From contig CAVQBA010000004.1 in the NCBI GenBank assembly GCA_963710605.1, forward strand, positions 768,001-832,000: a stretch of 64,000 nucleotides of DNA. Direction: 5' to 3'. Of this stretch, positions 11,978 to 22,006 are shown piece by piece; positions within the stretch are counted from its first letter, which is position 1, and each line of letters opens with the position of its first letter. A program made the position numbers and the translations under genes. The DNA is from an uncultured cyanobacterium. GTDB lineage: Bacteria > Cyanobacteriota > Cyanobacteriia > Cyanobacteriales > Cyanobacteriaceae. The notes below the pieces were generated by a model. That model ran no database searches. It was not told the DNA's origin and was given only the letters and a program-made list of their open reading frames with translations.

Positions 11978-12058
11978 GTTGATAGTTGATAGCGGTCAAA
12001 ACCCGCTGACGGAAGCGTAAGTCGCAAGAGAACGCTGACCAAGACGTTGATAGTTGAT
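11978..12058. repeat. 55-bp GC-richer structured insert flanked by 13-bp direct repeats
   Basis: GTTGATAGTTGAT at 11978-11990 and 12046-12058; internal stems AGCGG/CCGCT and AGCGT/ACGCT. Confidence 0.6.
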
Positions 12059-12206
12059 GATTTTTCATCCCTTATCCTTCATACTTCATCTTTGCTTCTT
12101 ACTCATTACTCATTCCGTATTTTTAAGAATTATTTTTAAAAACTCACTAAGGTTAACTAATATTATGAGCATGGTTATAATAGAAAAAAATAGCTTAAAA
12201 GTTTGG

Positions 12207-12617
12207 ATGAGTAAACAACATTTACAAAGAGAAGACAATTTAGTTGAAGTAAAAAATAGTTCTCCTTCTACTCCTGTTGATAGTAAAGTATTAGCTTTGA
12301 TGGTTGCAGAAGCTGGTGACGATCGTAAAGCAGAAAATATCGTGATTTTAAAAGTAGATCAAATTTCTTATATGGCAGAATATTTTGTGATTATGACTGG
12401 GTATTCTGCACCTCAATTAAAAGCAATCTCTTTATCGATCGAAAGTAAAGTTTTAGATCAACTTCAGCGTGAGCCATTACGCATTGAAGGTAAAAACGAT
12501 CCTAACTGGATTTTACACGATTATGGCGATGTCATTGCCCATATTTTTCTCCCAGAAGCCAGAGAATATTACGATTTACAAGCCTTTTGGAGTGGTGCGG
12601 AAATCATTGAAAGTTAA
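12207..12617 (+). CDS. rsfS: Ribosome silencing factor (Iojap)
   Basis: DDRKAENIV, YFVIMTG, WILHDYGDVIAHIF, REYYDL; start moved to ATG 12207. Confidence 0.93.
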   Translation: MSKQHLQREDNLVEVKNSSPSTPVDSKVLALMVAEAGDDRKAENIVILKVDQISYMAEYFVIMTGYSAPQLKAISLSIESKVLDQLQREPLRIEGKNDPNWILHDYGDVIAHIFLPEAREYYDLQAFWSGAEIIES

Positions 12618-12713
12618 GAGTTAATAGTTAAGAGTTAAAAGTTAATAGTTAATAAATCATTTATTACTCATCACTAGCTTAGCTACTACTTTTTTATGGT
12701 CAATTATCAATTA

Positions 12714-13325
12714 TCAATTGTCAATTCTCAATTCTTTAAGTGTTCCCGCACGGCAATCCCTGAGCCATAAATTAACAGCTTGCCCGATCGTACCCTCGGT
12801 AGTATCACGAAGAGGAGAGGCAAGGAAATCATCTCCATTAGTAGTAGGGTAGCCAAACCTTGTAAATGCCATTACTAAATGCCATTGATTAGTTACCTTT
12901 GTCATCAATAACCAATGATAGTTTTCGGCTTCTATTACTGTTTGATTATTGGAATATCGTCTTTCTAAACTAGTCAAGAAAATCTGTTGAACTTCATCAG
13001 AGGATGAATTTTGTTCGCTAATTGGAAATTGAGGTAAAGGTAATGGTTCGGTTTCTGGCTGACTAACTGCGACTATATAAGTGGGTAAAAAATTCAATTC
13101 ATGAGAATAAATTCTACTTTTTTGAATTACTCGATTACCATAATCAGTGATATCTTCACTTAACAAACTCGCTAAAGTTTCGATCGATTGATTACATAGA
13201 CGATCGTTATTTTTGTCCTTGACAGAAACCCTTTGTTGTGCTGTAGCTACCGAGCTAAATAAGAAAAGATGAACACAAATCAAGATAAAGTTACATAACA
13301 GGCAACGGTAATCAACTAATTTCAT
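12714..13325 (-). CDS. Hypothetical exported protein
   Basis: 203-aa ORF with hydrophobic N-terminus; YGNRVIQKS and AVNLWLRDCRAG look like conserved blocks. Confidence 0.7.
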   Translation of the reverse strand: MKLVDYRCLLCNFILICVHLFLFSSVATAQQRVSVKDKNNDRLCNQSIETLASLLSEDITDYGNRVIQKSRIYSHELNFLPTYIVAVSQPETEPLPLPQFPISEQNSSSDEVQQIFLTSLERRYSNNQTVIEAENYHWLLMTKVTNQWHLVMAFTRFGYPTTNGDDFLASPLRDTTEGTIGQAVNLWLRDCRAGTLKELRIDN

Positions 13326-13473
13326 AATGAGCGATAATCTTAGAGTCGTTTAACGATCGAGCTATAGTGCCAAAAGGGCAAAGGGCAAAGAGAGTGAATA
13401 ATTAACAGTTATCGTTATTTCAATTAATATTGAGACAGTATTAATCATATCTAAAACTTTAATTGTCACCGCA

Positions 13474-13520
13474 CCTTGTAATGAATTACAAGGCTAATAG
13501 ATACCGTTTAATAAATTAAA
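13474..13520 (+). repeat. Palindrome-GGCTAA-CCGTTTAATAAATTAAA repeat, copy 2
   Basis: ccttgtaatgaattacaagg followed by ctaatagata and ccgtttaataaattaaa. Confidence 0.8.
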
Positions 13521-13661
13521 CTCAAATAAGATATCAAAAATTGTCTCATCGTCATTTTAAACGACTATAACAGTTAACAACGAATAAATAACGATCGAAC
13601 AATTAGTATTACAACTTATAGCTTATATTTAAAACCCTCTATGTTTTGAGGAAAAATATTC

Positions 13662-14351
13662 TCAATTCTCAATTATTTTATCCCATGCTTGTTGTGGATT
13701 ATCAGCTTGAGTAATTGGTCGTCCAATCACTAAATAATCTGCTCCTTGTTGCAAAGCCTGTTGTGGAGTCATTACCCTTTGTTGATCGCCTTTAACCGAC
13801 CATGAGGGGCGTATTCCAGGGCAAACCAACAAAAAATCATCACCGCAAACTTCTTTCAGTTGAGCCGCTTCATGAGGAGAACAAACAGCTCCATCAATAC
13901 CTGATTCTTTCGCCATTAAAGCATTACTTAAAGCGTATTCGGGTAACTCAAGAGGAATTTTGAGGTCGAACGCTAATTGACGGCTATTGATGCTAGTTAA
14001 AACCGTAATAGCGAGTAATTTGGTGGAGGATGTACCGCTTTGTTTGACTACTTCACTAGCGGCGGTTAAAGCTTTTCGTCCTGCGATCGCATGGAGGGTC
14101 AGTAGATCTACTTCATATTTTAAAGCCGATCGTGTTGCGTTTTTAACAGTATTAGGTATATCGTGGAATTTTAGATCGAGAAAAATGCGTTTATTTTTGT
14201 CCTTAAGGTAAGTAAGAATATCCGCTCCTGTAGCGACAAATAATTCTAAACCAACTTTCCAAAAACCAACTTCAGGTATTTTTTCGACTAAAGCGATCGC
14301 ACTTTTGAGATCGGGTACATCGAGGGGGACAATAATTTTATCTTCAAGCAT
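13662..14351 (-). CDS. pyrF: Orotidine-5'-phosphate decarboxylase
   Basis: [33 protein letters not shown]. Confidence 0.98.
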   Translation of the reverse strand: MLEDKIIVPLDVPDLKSAIALVEKIPEVGFWKVGLELFVATGADILTYLKDKNKRIFLDLKFHDIPNTVKNATRSALKYEVDLLTLHAIAGRKALTAASEVVKQSGTSSTKLLAITVLTSINSRQLAFDLKIPLELPEYALSNALMAKESGIDGAVCSPHEAAQLKEVCGDDFLLVCPGIRPSWSVKGDQQRVMTPQQALQQGADYLVIGRPITQADNPQQAWDKIIEN

Positions 14352-14440
14352 TACTAATTATAAGTACGATCGACAATTATTAATTATGACGCTTTGTGAC
14401 TAACAAGTCTAATCACAATCACAATTTTAGTAATTGAGTT

Positions 14441-14485
14441 TTGAACTTAAGTTCAAGGCTAATCAGTACCGTTTAATAAATTAAA
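14441..14485 (+). repeat. Palindrome-GGCTAA-CCGTTTAATAAATTAAA repeat, copy 3
   Basis: ttgaacttaagttcaa followed by ggctaatcagta and ccgtttaataaattaaa. Confidence 0.8.
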
Positions 14486-14686
14486 CTATAGCCAAATGAA
14501 CTTATTAAGTAAATTATTAGAAGAAACAGAAGAAGAAATGGATTGGCTAGAAACTCAACAGTGGTTAATTGCTAATTGTGGTTTAGAAAATTATCTACAA
14601 ACAATGATAGGTAGTAAGTGAAATAATTTATCATCACCTCAACAATAAACAATAGTCACACAATTAACTAAAAAAGGACAAAATTA

Positions 14687-15154
14687 ATGCAAGGAAGTGC
14701 CAAAGTTATCGAACAACTACAAATATTACTTCGTAATGAATTATCAGCAAGAGATCAATACTTTACTCATTCTCAGATGTATGAAGACTGGGGATTAATG
14801 AAATTATACGAACGTATTAATCATGAAATGCAAGACGAAACTGGACATGCACAGATGTTAATTAGAAGACTTCTGTTTTTGGGTACTACTCCTAATTTAT
14901 CTGAACAAGGTGCGATCAATATTGGTTCTACTGTTCCAGAAATGTTACAAAGTGATCTTCAGCTTGAATATCAAGTAGTTGGTGAATTAAAAGAAGCGAT
15001 CGCTATTTGTGAAGCTGAAAAAGATTATCAAACTAGAGAAATGTTGAGAATAATTCTAGCCGATACCGAAGAAGATCATGCTTATTGGTTAGAAAAACAA
15101 TTAGGTTTAATCGATAAAATCGGCTTAGAAAATTATTTACAAGCTCAAATGTAA
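14687..15154 (+). CDS. bfr: Bacterioferritin
   Basis: [25 protein letters not shown] ferroxidase motifs. Confidence 0.96.
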   Translation: MQGSAKVIEQLQILLRNELSARDQYFTHSQMYEDWGLMKLYERINHEMQDETGHAQMLIRRLLFLGTTPNLSEQGAINIGSTVPEMLQSDLQLEYQVVGELKEAIAICEAEKDYQTREMLRIILADTEEDHAYWLEKQLGLIDKIGLENYLQAQM

Positions 15155-15186
15155 AACTAGATTTAACTTCAAATTAGTGAAAAATC

Positions 15187-15231
15187 TCTAACCAATGGTT
15201 GAGCATATTGATAATACGTAAAAACTATCAT
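15187..15231 (+). promoter_or_regulatory. 16-bp activator-like box plus -10 element
   Basis: TCTAACCAATGGTTGA, 23 nt, TATCAT; same architecture at four other promoters in the window. Confidence 0.6.
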
Positions 15232-15278
15232 ATGAAAGAAGAGATTAAATATTTAATTAATTTGGAGAACTATTTTTT

Positions 15279-16448
15279 ATGAAAGCTTTATGTTGGCATG
15301 ATGCTAATGACGTACGAGTAGATAACGTACCAGACCCTGTCATTCAAGACGATCGTGATGCTATCATCAAAGTTACCTCTACAGCGATTTGCGGTTCGGA
15401 CTTACATATTTATTCAGGCAAAATCCCCACTATGCAAGAGGGAGATGTTTTAGGTCATGAATTTATGGGTGAAGTCGTTGAGACAGGTAAAGGAGTAAAT
15501 AATCTCAAAAAAGGCGATCGTATCGTTGTGCCTTTTACCATTGCCTGTGGTGGTTGTTTTTTTTGTAAACAAGATTTATGGTCATTGTGTGATATTTCTA
15601 ACCCTAACCCTGAAATGGCGAAAGACTCTTACGGTCATGCTACTGCGGGTATCTTCGGCTATTCACATACCTTTGGTGGCTTTGCAGGTGGACAAGCAGA
15701 ATATGTCCGTGTACCCTATGCTGATGTCGGACCAATCAAAGTACCTGATGGTATGACAGACGATCAAGTATTGTTTTTAACCGATATATTTCCCACTGGA
15801 TACATGGCAGCCGAAAATGCTGATATTCAACCGGGTGAAACTGTAGCCGTTTGGGGTTGTGGCCCTGTTGGGCAGTTTGCAATTAAAAGTGCTTATATGC
15901 TTGGTGCAGGCAGAGTTATTGCTATCGATCGTGTTCCTGAAAGATTACAACTAGCTCAACAAGAAGGCAAAGCTGAGGTACTTAACTACGAAGAAGTAAA
16001 CATCCTTGAAGCCCTAGATGCCATGACAAATGGTCGAGGTCCCGATCGTTGTATTGAAGCAGTGGGAATGGAAGCCCACGGTACAGATATGATGAACTTA
16101 GTTGATACAGCTAAACAAGCAGTCGGTTTAGCAAGTGGTAAACCCATCGCCCTTAGAGAAGCTATTTTGGCTTGTCGTAAAGGTGGTACAGTTTCTCTTC
16201 CCGGTGTTTATGGTGGTTATGTCGATCAAATTCCTCTAGGTGCGATCGTCAATAAAGCCTTAACCTTAAGATCAGGTCAAACTCACGTACAAAGATATCT
16301 TGAACCGTTATTAGAAAGAATTCAAGAAGGAGATATCGATCCAACCTACATCATCACCCATCACATGAAGTTAGAAGATGCCCCTAAAGGGTACGACATT
16401 TTTCAAAAGAAAAAAGACAACTGTATCAAAATTGTCCTTAAGCCTTAA
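15279..16448 (+). CDS. Zn-dependent alcohol/formaldehyde dehydrogenase-like (MDR family)
   Basis: ICGSDLH, GHEFMG, CGGCFFC, GCGPVG. Confidence 0.93.
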   Translation: MKALCWHDANDVRVDNVPDPVIQDDRDAIIKVTSTAICGSDLHIYSGKIPTMQEGDVLGHEFMGEVVETGKGVNNLKKGDRIVVPFTIACGGCFFCKQDLWSLCDISNPNPEMAKDSYGHATAGIFGYSHTFGGFAGGQAEYVRVPYADVGPIKVPDGMTDDQVLFLTDIFPTGYMAAENADIQPGETVAVWGCGPVGQFAIKSAYMLGAGRVIAIDRVPERLQLAQQEGKAEVLNYEEVNILEALDAMTNGRGPDRCIEAVGMEAHGTDMMNLVDTAKQAVGLASGKPIALREAILACRKGGTVSLPGVYGGYVDQIPLGAIVNKALTLRSGQTHVQRYLEPLLERIQEGDIDPTYIITHHMKLEDAPKGYDIFQKKKDNCIKIVLKP

Positions 16449-16599
16449 ATTACTTAAATTGAGAATTTTTTTAACTTAAAACAGCAATAGTAGTTTTAGC
16501 TTATAATTCTCGCCTTGAAAAAGCGAAAAATAGGTCAATGTTACTAAATAATTTTTTGATCACAATCAAAGAACATATCAACAAATAAAACATTAATTT

Positions 16600-17139
16600 A
16601 TGTCACAACAATTAAATAATAAAAAAATTGCCGCTTTAGTTGCTGATGGTTTTGAACAAGTAGAACTAACTAAACCAAAAAAAGCATTTGAAGAAGCAGG
16701 GGCACAAGTTCAGATCATCTCTCCTAACAGCGATAAAGTACAAGGTTGGAATCATTACGATAAAGCAGACTATTTCTCTGTAGATATTCCTTTAGAAAAG
16801 GCTAATCCTGCTGACTATGATGGCTTATTACTTCCTGGTGGTACAGCTAACCCAGATCAATTACGGACTAAAGATAAAGCCGTTGAATTCATTAAATCAT
16901 TTATTGATGCAGGTAAACCTGTTGCCGCTATTTGTCATGGTCCTTGGACACTAATTGAAGCAGATGTCGTAAAAGGGCGTAAAGTCACTTCATGGCCATC
17001 ATTAAAAACTGATTTAAAAAATGCTGGTGCTGATTGGGTAGATCAAGAAGTAGTGGAAGATAATGGTTTGATTACTAGTCGTAACCCTGATGATATTCCT
17101 GCTTTTAATGCTAAAGCGATCGAATTATTTGCCAAATAA
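16600..17139 (+). CDS. PfpI/DJ-1 family protein
   Basis: DGFEQVEL, LPGG, AAICHGPW, TSRNPDD. Confidence 0.95.
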   Translation: MSQQLNNKKIAALVADGFEQVELTKPKKAFEEAGAQVQIISPNSDKVQGWNHYDKADYFSVDIPLEKANPADYDGLLLPGGTANPDQLRTKDKAVEFIKSFIDAGKPVAAICHGPWTLIEADVVKGRKVTSWPSLKTDLKNAGADWVDQEVVEDNGLITSRNPDDIPAFNAKAIELFAK

Positions 17140-17152
17140 CTTTTCAATTTGA

Positions 17153-17171
17153 GAGTGGACATAGTCCACTC
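17153..17171. terminator. Hairpin between convergent genes
   Basis: GAGTGGAC-ATA-GTCCACTC, perfect 8-bp stem. Confidence 0.55.
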
Positions 17172-17212
17172 GATTACTTCGTTTATTATCTGCTCACTCT
17201 AAGCGTCAGTAA

Positions 17213-18481
17213 CTATGGTTGATGATTTTTTAATTTTTTTTCACTGATTCCAGATATAGCCGCTAAAACAAACCAAGCGATCGTATTTAAACGAAAATCA
17301 AATAAATTGATATCGGCTAGATTATAAAGCATAAAAGCACCCATAACTAAGAAGAAACTAAAGAAAAGAATAGTTTCCTGACCGTTTTTTTTCATGATCA
17401 TAAAAGCTATACATCCTCTACTTAATACCCACGTTATAATTATTAAAAAAAGAGCCAAATTGATGATACCAGTCTCCGCAAGTAACATCAAAAAAAAGTT
17501 ATGTGGATGTCCTAAATAAGTAGCTGTTTGTTCTTCATATAAAATACTAAAATTTCTTAATCCCCAACCTAAAAAAGGTTTTTGCTTAAATAAATCCCAA
17601 CAAAAAATCCATTGTGTAATTCTTAATGTTGCAACAGGACGATCGGGGAATGCTTGATCAGAAAATCTTTCCCATAAAAAACTAGGTACTATTTTTCGTA
17701 AAATATCTTGACCGGGAAAACTACCAAAAGAAGCACCGATTACTAAAATTGCCCCTAAAGTTAGTAGCTGTAAAATCCAATTCCAACTTAGATAAATACA
17801 AAAAGCAACTAAACTAAAAAAGCAAATAATCCAAGCATTTCTAGAACTAGTTAAACCTAAACATATTCCGTTAATAATAATTGTAATAATCAAAAACCAA
17901 TCAAACTTTTTCCAGCTATTTTTTGCTTTTCTCGAAATTAATAAAGCGATCGAGAAAATAATTACAATAACAAAATATAAAGCCGCTAAATTGGCATAAG
18001 GAAAAACCGAAGTTAGCCTACCGGCTGGCTCACCTGCACCTGTTAATTGCCATCCTAATACTGCATATAAAAAATCCGAACTAACCCAACCAAAATTAAG
18101 TTCGGCGATACCGAAAAATATTACCAAATATGAATTAAAAACAATTGGTAAAATCATGAAATATAAATGTTTATATTCAGTAAATAAAGTTCTTAAAGCC
18201 AAAAAAACCCAGAAAAAAGGTAAAAATAACGGCATTCCTAACCATGCTTCACCAATTCTGTAAGCAAAAGTAGAAGAAATAGCCATTAATAGACTTAAAA
18301 GAAAAATACCTTTACTAACATTATCGTTAATAATTTTTTGATGTTTTTTACGCCAAATTTTATAACTAATAAAAACAAAAACTAACAGTGATGTCAAACT
18401 ATGAAATGGCATCAGTAATAGAGCTAAAAATATTAATCGGCGATAATAATTGTCAGAATGGTAATAATAGTTTAAATTCAT
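17213..18481 (-). CDS. O-antigen ligase (Wzy_C) family membrane protein
   Basis: Multiple TM segments; LTSSRNAW, LGWGLRNF, HPHNFFLMLLAETG. Confidence 0.9.
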   Translation of the reverse strand: MNLNYYYHSDNYYRRLIFLALLLMPFHSLTSLLVFVFISYKIWRKKHQKIINDNVSKGIFLLSLLMAISSTFAYRIGEAWLGMPLFLPFFWVFLALRTLFTEYKHLYFMILPIVFNSYLVIFFGIAELNFGWVSSDFLYAVLGWQLTGAGEPAGRLTSVFPYANLAALYFVIVIIFSIALLISRKAKNSWKKFDWFLIITIIINGICLGLTSSRNAWIICFFSLVAFCIYLSWNWILQLLTLGAILVIGASFGSFPGQDILRKIVPSFLWERFSDQAFPDRPVATLRITQWIFCWDLFKQKPFLGWGLRNFSILYEEQTATYLGHPHNFFLMLLAETGIINLALFLIIITWVLSRGCIAFMIMKKNGQETILFFSFFLVMGAFMLYNLADINLFDFRLNTIAWFVLAAISGISEKKLKNHQP

Positions 18482-18528
18482 TGATCAAGAATTGAGAAAA
18501 GTTTCACAAAGTAAATATTACGTTTAGA

Positions 18529-19107
18529 TTAACGCTCTATAGCTAATGAAGACTGATTATTAATATTGTTAGGATTATTAGTGTTGTTTGTTTCCATTAC
18601 TTGATCAAAAATAATAGCTCCTAAAAAAGAAATTGCAGATATAGTAACTAAGGCTCTTAAAAAATAGTTATTTTGTAAATCAAATATAGATTTTTTACTT
18701 ATTATTTTTGGTGAGCTAGAGTGATTATTTTTGAAGATCGTTTTTCGGAAAAAACTTTTAGCTTTGTCTTTATTACGAGTATTAAGAATCAAAAAATCTA
18801 AGGTATTACCTTGAGCATCAACTGCTCGATAAAGGTATTTTCGCCTTAATTTTAATCGAATAGTTTTTTGCACGATTCGCCATCCCTTAATTCTTTTTTG
18901 TTGAGTTATCGATCTTCTTTTAAGAGCTAAACTGGTATATTGCTCTACTAAATGATTGATAATATGAGGAGCGATCGCAAATCCTCTTTGTTGCATCATC
19001 TGTTTTAGTTGAATATAATCGAGTTTATCTGTTATATACCATTGAACACATAGTAAAATAATTTCCTCTCGAATTTGATCCCAGTTATTGTAACTAGAAT
19101 TCGCCAT
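18529..19107 (-). CDS. IS6-transposase-derived protein, truncated, with C-terminal TM helix
   Basis: EIILLCVQWY, MMQQRG, YLYRAVDAQGNTLDFL match the IS6 N-terminal half; DETY motif replaced; no IS6 terminal repeats seen. Confidence 0.8.
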   Translation of the reverse strand: MANSSYNNWDQIREEIILLCVQWYITDKLDYIQLKQMMQQRGFAIAPHIINHLVEQYTSLALKRRSITQQKRIKGWRIVQKTIRLKLRRKYLYRAVDAQGNTLDFLILNTRNKDKAKSFFRKTIFKNNHSSSPKIISKKSIFDLQNNYFLRALVTISAISFLGAIIFDQVMETNNTNNPNNINNQSSLAIER

Positions 19108-19342
19108 ATTTAGTTGACCTCTTTGAGTATATTGATTAGATCTTCAACAGACCTATCTAAAAGTTATAATTGAAAAACGGTAAAATATACAAGTTTTTTA
19201 AAGGCTTTAAATCATTAATGTTTGATTTTGAACGGTGATGTCAATCTTCGTTTACCCTGCTTTTCGTCTTATGCTAGTAGAAGATAAGTATAAAATTTGC
19301 TATACTAATATCTTCTTTATATTACATCTTAATTTTTATCAC

Positions 19343-20788
19343 ATGAAAATTCTTATAGTAGTTGTTAATTATGGAATCAAAAATGATTCTTATCTAAATA
19401 AGGTTTTGGAAAATTTTTTAGCTTGGTCATATAACACAGATATAATTGTAACTTCTAATTTAGATAAAGATTTAGGACCTGAAGTACAAGTAATAAAAGG
19501 ATATCCAACATCTGACCCAAGATCTTTAGCTTATGTACACCGTTCTTTATTTGTTGAACATGTAAACGATTACGATTTGTTTATATATAGTGAAGATGAT
19601 ATGTTAATTACACAAGAAAACTTTGAAGCTTTTCTTGAAGTTACTTCTCATTTACCAGAAGAAGAAGTAGTTGGATTTTTGAGATACGAAACAGGATTAG
19701 ACAATAGTATTAATTTACCTGATCTGCATGGGAACTTTCATTGGTATATTAATTCTTTGAAACATATCGAACCATACATATTTGCACAATACAGTAATAA
19801 GCACTCTGGAGCATACATATTAACTCAGAGCCAGTTAAAGATCGCAATTGATTCGGGTAATTATGAATTGATTCCAGACGAATCAGGATATAGGGTATTA
19901 GAGAAAGCAGCGTCTAAACTGTTTGATTTTTGTAATTTAAACAAAGTGATTTGCATTTCTCAGGTAGATAGATTTTTGATACATCATATACCTAATAAAT
20001 ACGTCAATGTATTAGGTCAGACAAAAGAAGAACTTGACGATCAAGTCAAAGTTTTAACACAAATAGCTTCATCGACTTTGCCAGAATATTCTTTATTAAA
20101 AACAGAGACTAAACTTCATAAAAAGAGATATAACTTATCACACCAAGCAAAATGTGATTTAGAAATTGTTAAATCAGTCTCACGTTCTGAAGGAATCAAA
20201 AATATACTGACAGTTGGAGGTAGTACCGGAGATACTGAAATAGCATTGATGGAAATGGGGCATAAAGTTTCAACAATACCATTAGATACGATTGCAGATC
20301 AAAGACTTAAGAAAAAAGGAATACAAACAACATTACCTAATTTTGATAAGGCTCTAGAAGAGCTGTCAAGTTCAAAACAGCAATTTGATTATATTATATT
20401 TGATACTATTTTGCAATATATAGCAACTCCTAAGGAGTGCATCAAAAAGTTTATTAATCTTCTCGATTATGATGGGAAATTAATTGCAACATTTTGGAAT
20501 ACAAAACACTCTAAATTTTGGAATACAAAACTCCATAAACTTACTGAAGAAACATTAACTCCTTTTCCTTCAATAGGAAATAAACAAAATTCTTTCGATC
20601 GATTAGGCATACACTTGACTGACAAAAATATCTTGTCTTCATGGTTCGAACACGATAGATTATCTGTAATGCGTTTATCTTACTATAGAGTTACTTGTGG
20701 TTTACGAAAGTACTATTGGTTATTGTTTACTTTGCAAGGTCCTAAACTAGCAGAGCGTTTAATATTAATTGCCGAAAAGAAAAGTTAA
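19343..20788 (+). CDS. Glycosyltransferase-like domain fused to SAM-methyltransferase-like domain
   Basis: ILIVVVNYG and DLFIYSEDD (GT-A-like); ILTVGGSTG and FDYIIF (class I MTase-like); start moved to ATG 19343. Confidence 0.6.
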   Translation: MKILIVVVNYGIKNDSYLNKVLENFLAWSYNTDIIVTSNLDKDLGPEVQVIKGYPTSDPRSLAYVHRSLFVEHVNDYDLFIYSEDDMLITQENFEAFLEVTSHLPEEEVVGFLRYETGLDNSINLPDLHGNFHWYINSLKHIEPYIFAQYSNKHSGAYILTQSQLKIAIDSGNYELIPDESGYRVLEKAASKLFDFCNLNKVICISQVDRFLIHHIPNKYVNVLGQTKEELDDQVKVLTQIASSTLPEYSLLKTETKLHKKRYNLSHQAKCDLEIVKSVSRSEGIKNILTVGGSTGDTEIALMEMGHKVSTIPLDTIADQRLKKKGIQTTLPNFDKALEELSSSKQQFDYIIFDTILQYIATPKECIKKFINLLDYDGKLIATFWNTKHSKFWNTKLHKLTEETLTPFPSIGNKQNSFDRLGIHLTDKNILSSWFEHDRLSVMRLSYYRVTCGLRKYYWLLFTLQGPKLAERLILIAEKKS

Positions 20789-21176
20789 TATGATCTAAAA
20801 AAATTAGCTGAAAATTTGATTACATATCTTTTTCCAAAATTGATTTTCTTCGGTAAAGATAACTAATTTTAAAGACAACAGATGAGAATTGATTGCTAAC
20901 TAGAATCAGCAATTCTTATTTATCTACCTACTAAAGCTCAAAAAAACATCAACTTGCTTTTCTCTAACCCGACGTCTTCGAGAAATAACAACTAATTTTT
21001 CTGTTTTTGAATAAGTACAAGTAATTAGAGTCGGGAAGATTTTTCAGACATTGCTGACTTTATGCGTTTTTCACAGTAAAATTGAGCCAAAACCACGAAA
21101 AAAGCTTTGAAGTCTTTATTTTCACAAATATTGTAATTACTTTTCCTTATTTTTTATTCTCTACATAAACACATTA

Positions 21177-21917
21177 ATGAAAGCGATCGAGATTAATAAT
21201 TTATCTTTCCAATATAACAATCATCAAGTTTTTCATAATTTATCTTTAGAAATTGATGCTCAAGAAAAAGTAGGTGTAATCGGGGCAAATGGAGCAGGAA
21301 AAACTACTTTTTTCTTTTCTATCTGTGGTTTATTAGCGAATTATCAAGGAGAAATAAAGCTTTTTGACAAAATAATCAAAGCAGGAGAATTTTATCCCGA
21401 AATCGGTTTAGTGTTCCAAAATCCCGACGATCAATTATTTTGTCCGACTGTCAGAGATGATATTTTATTTGGCGGAGAAAACTTAGGTTTATCTGAAGTG
21501 CAAATTACTGAGCGTCTCAATCGAGTTTTAGAATTAACTGGAGTAGAATACTTACTCGATCGAATTCCCCATCAACTGTCAGGTGGAGAAAAATGTATGG
21601 TTGCGATCGCTTCAGTTTTAATTATGAATCCCAAAATTATATTATATGACGAACCTAGTGCCAATTTAGACCTAAAAGCCAGACGTAAATTGATTAACTT
21701 TTTACAATCTTCATCGCAAACTATTTTAGTCTCATCCCACGACTTAGAATTAATTGTCGAAGTCTGCGATCGAGTGATAGTAATGAACTCAGGCAAAATA
21801 GTTGCTAATGGTCAACCTGATATTATCATGGGTAATCAAAAACTGATGGAAGAAAATAATCTAGAAATACCTCTATCATTAAAATCAAATCCATCAATTA
21901 ACACCAGTCTTAAGTAA
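21177..21917 (+). CDS. ECF-type (CbiO-like) ABC ATPase
   Basis: GANGAGKTT, VFQNPDDQLF, LSGGEK, YDEP, SHD. Confidence 0.9.
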   Translation: MKAIEINNLSFQYNNHQVFHNLSLEIDAQEKVGVIGANGAGKTTFFFSICGLLANYQGEIKLFDKIIKAGEFYPEIGLVFQNPDDQLFCPTVRDDILFGGENLGLSEVQITERLNRVLELTGVEYLLDRIPHQLSGGEKCMVAIASVLIMNPKIILYDEPSANLDLKARRKLINFLQSSSQTILVSSHDLELIVEVCDRVIVMNSGKIVANGQPDIIMGNQKLMEENNLEIPLSLKSNPSINTSLK

Positions 21918-22006
21918 AGATGAATAAAATCAACTGTGCAACTGACAAATGTTAAGATCAAAAATATATTATTAAAAACGTGTTTAATTCTTAGGAGAAA
22001 ACAACA

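Noticed and set aside
11991-12036. Resemblance to the glutamine (glnA) riboswitch (GACGGAAG...GAACGC)
   Set aside because: No 5' CGTT strand for P1, the GAAGTA/GAAGG loop pair is missing, and the downstream gene is rsfS
12054-12206. N-terminal extension of rsfS in the ORF track
   Set aside because: Low-complexity repeat-derived sequence; ATG 12207 gives a typical length
14581-14640. Stress box upstream of bfr
   Set aside because: Only a poor match and the spacing to the -10 element does not fit
20960-21110. Possible cobalamin riboswitch or IS end upstream of the cbiO-like gene (CCCGAC...GTCGGG)
   Set aside because: No B12-box or conserved core recognisable; a 6-bp inverted repeat alone is insufficient
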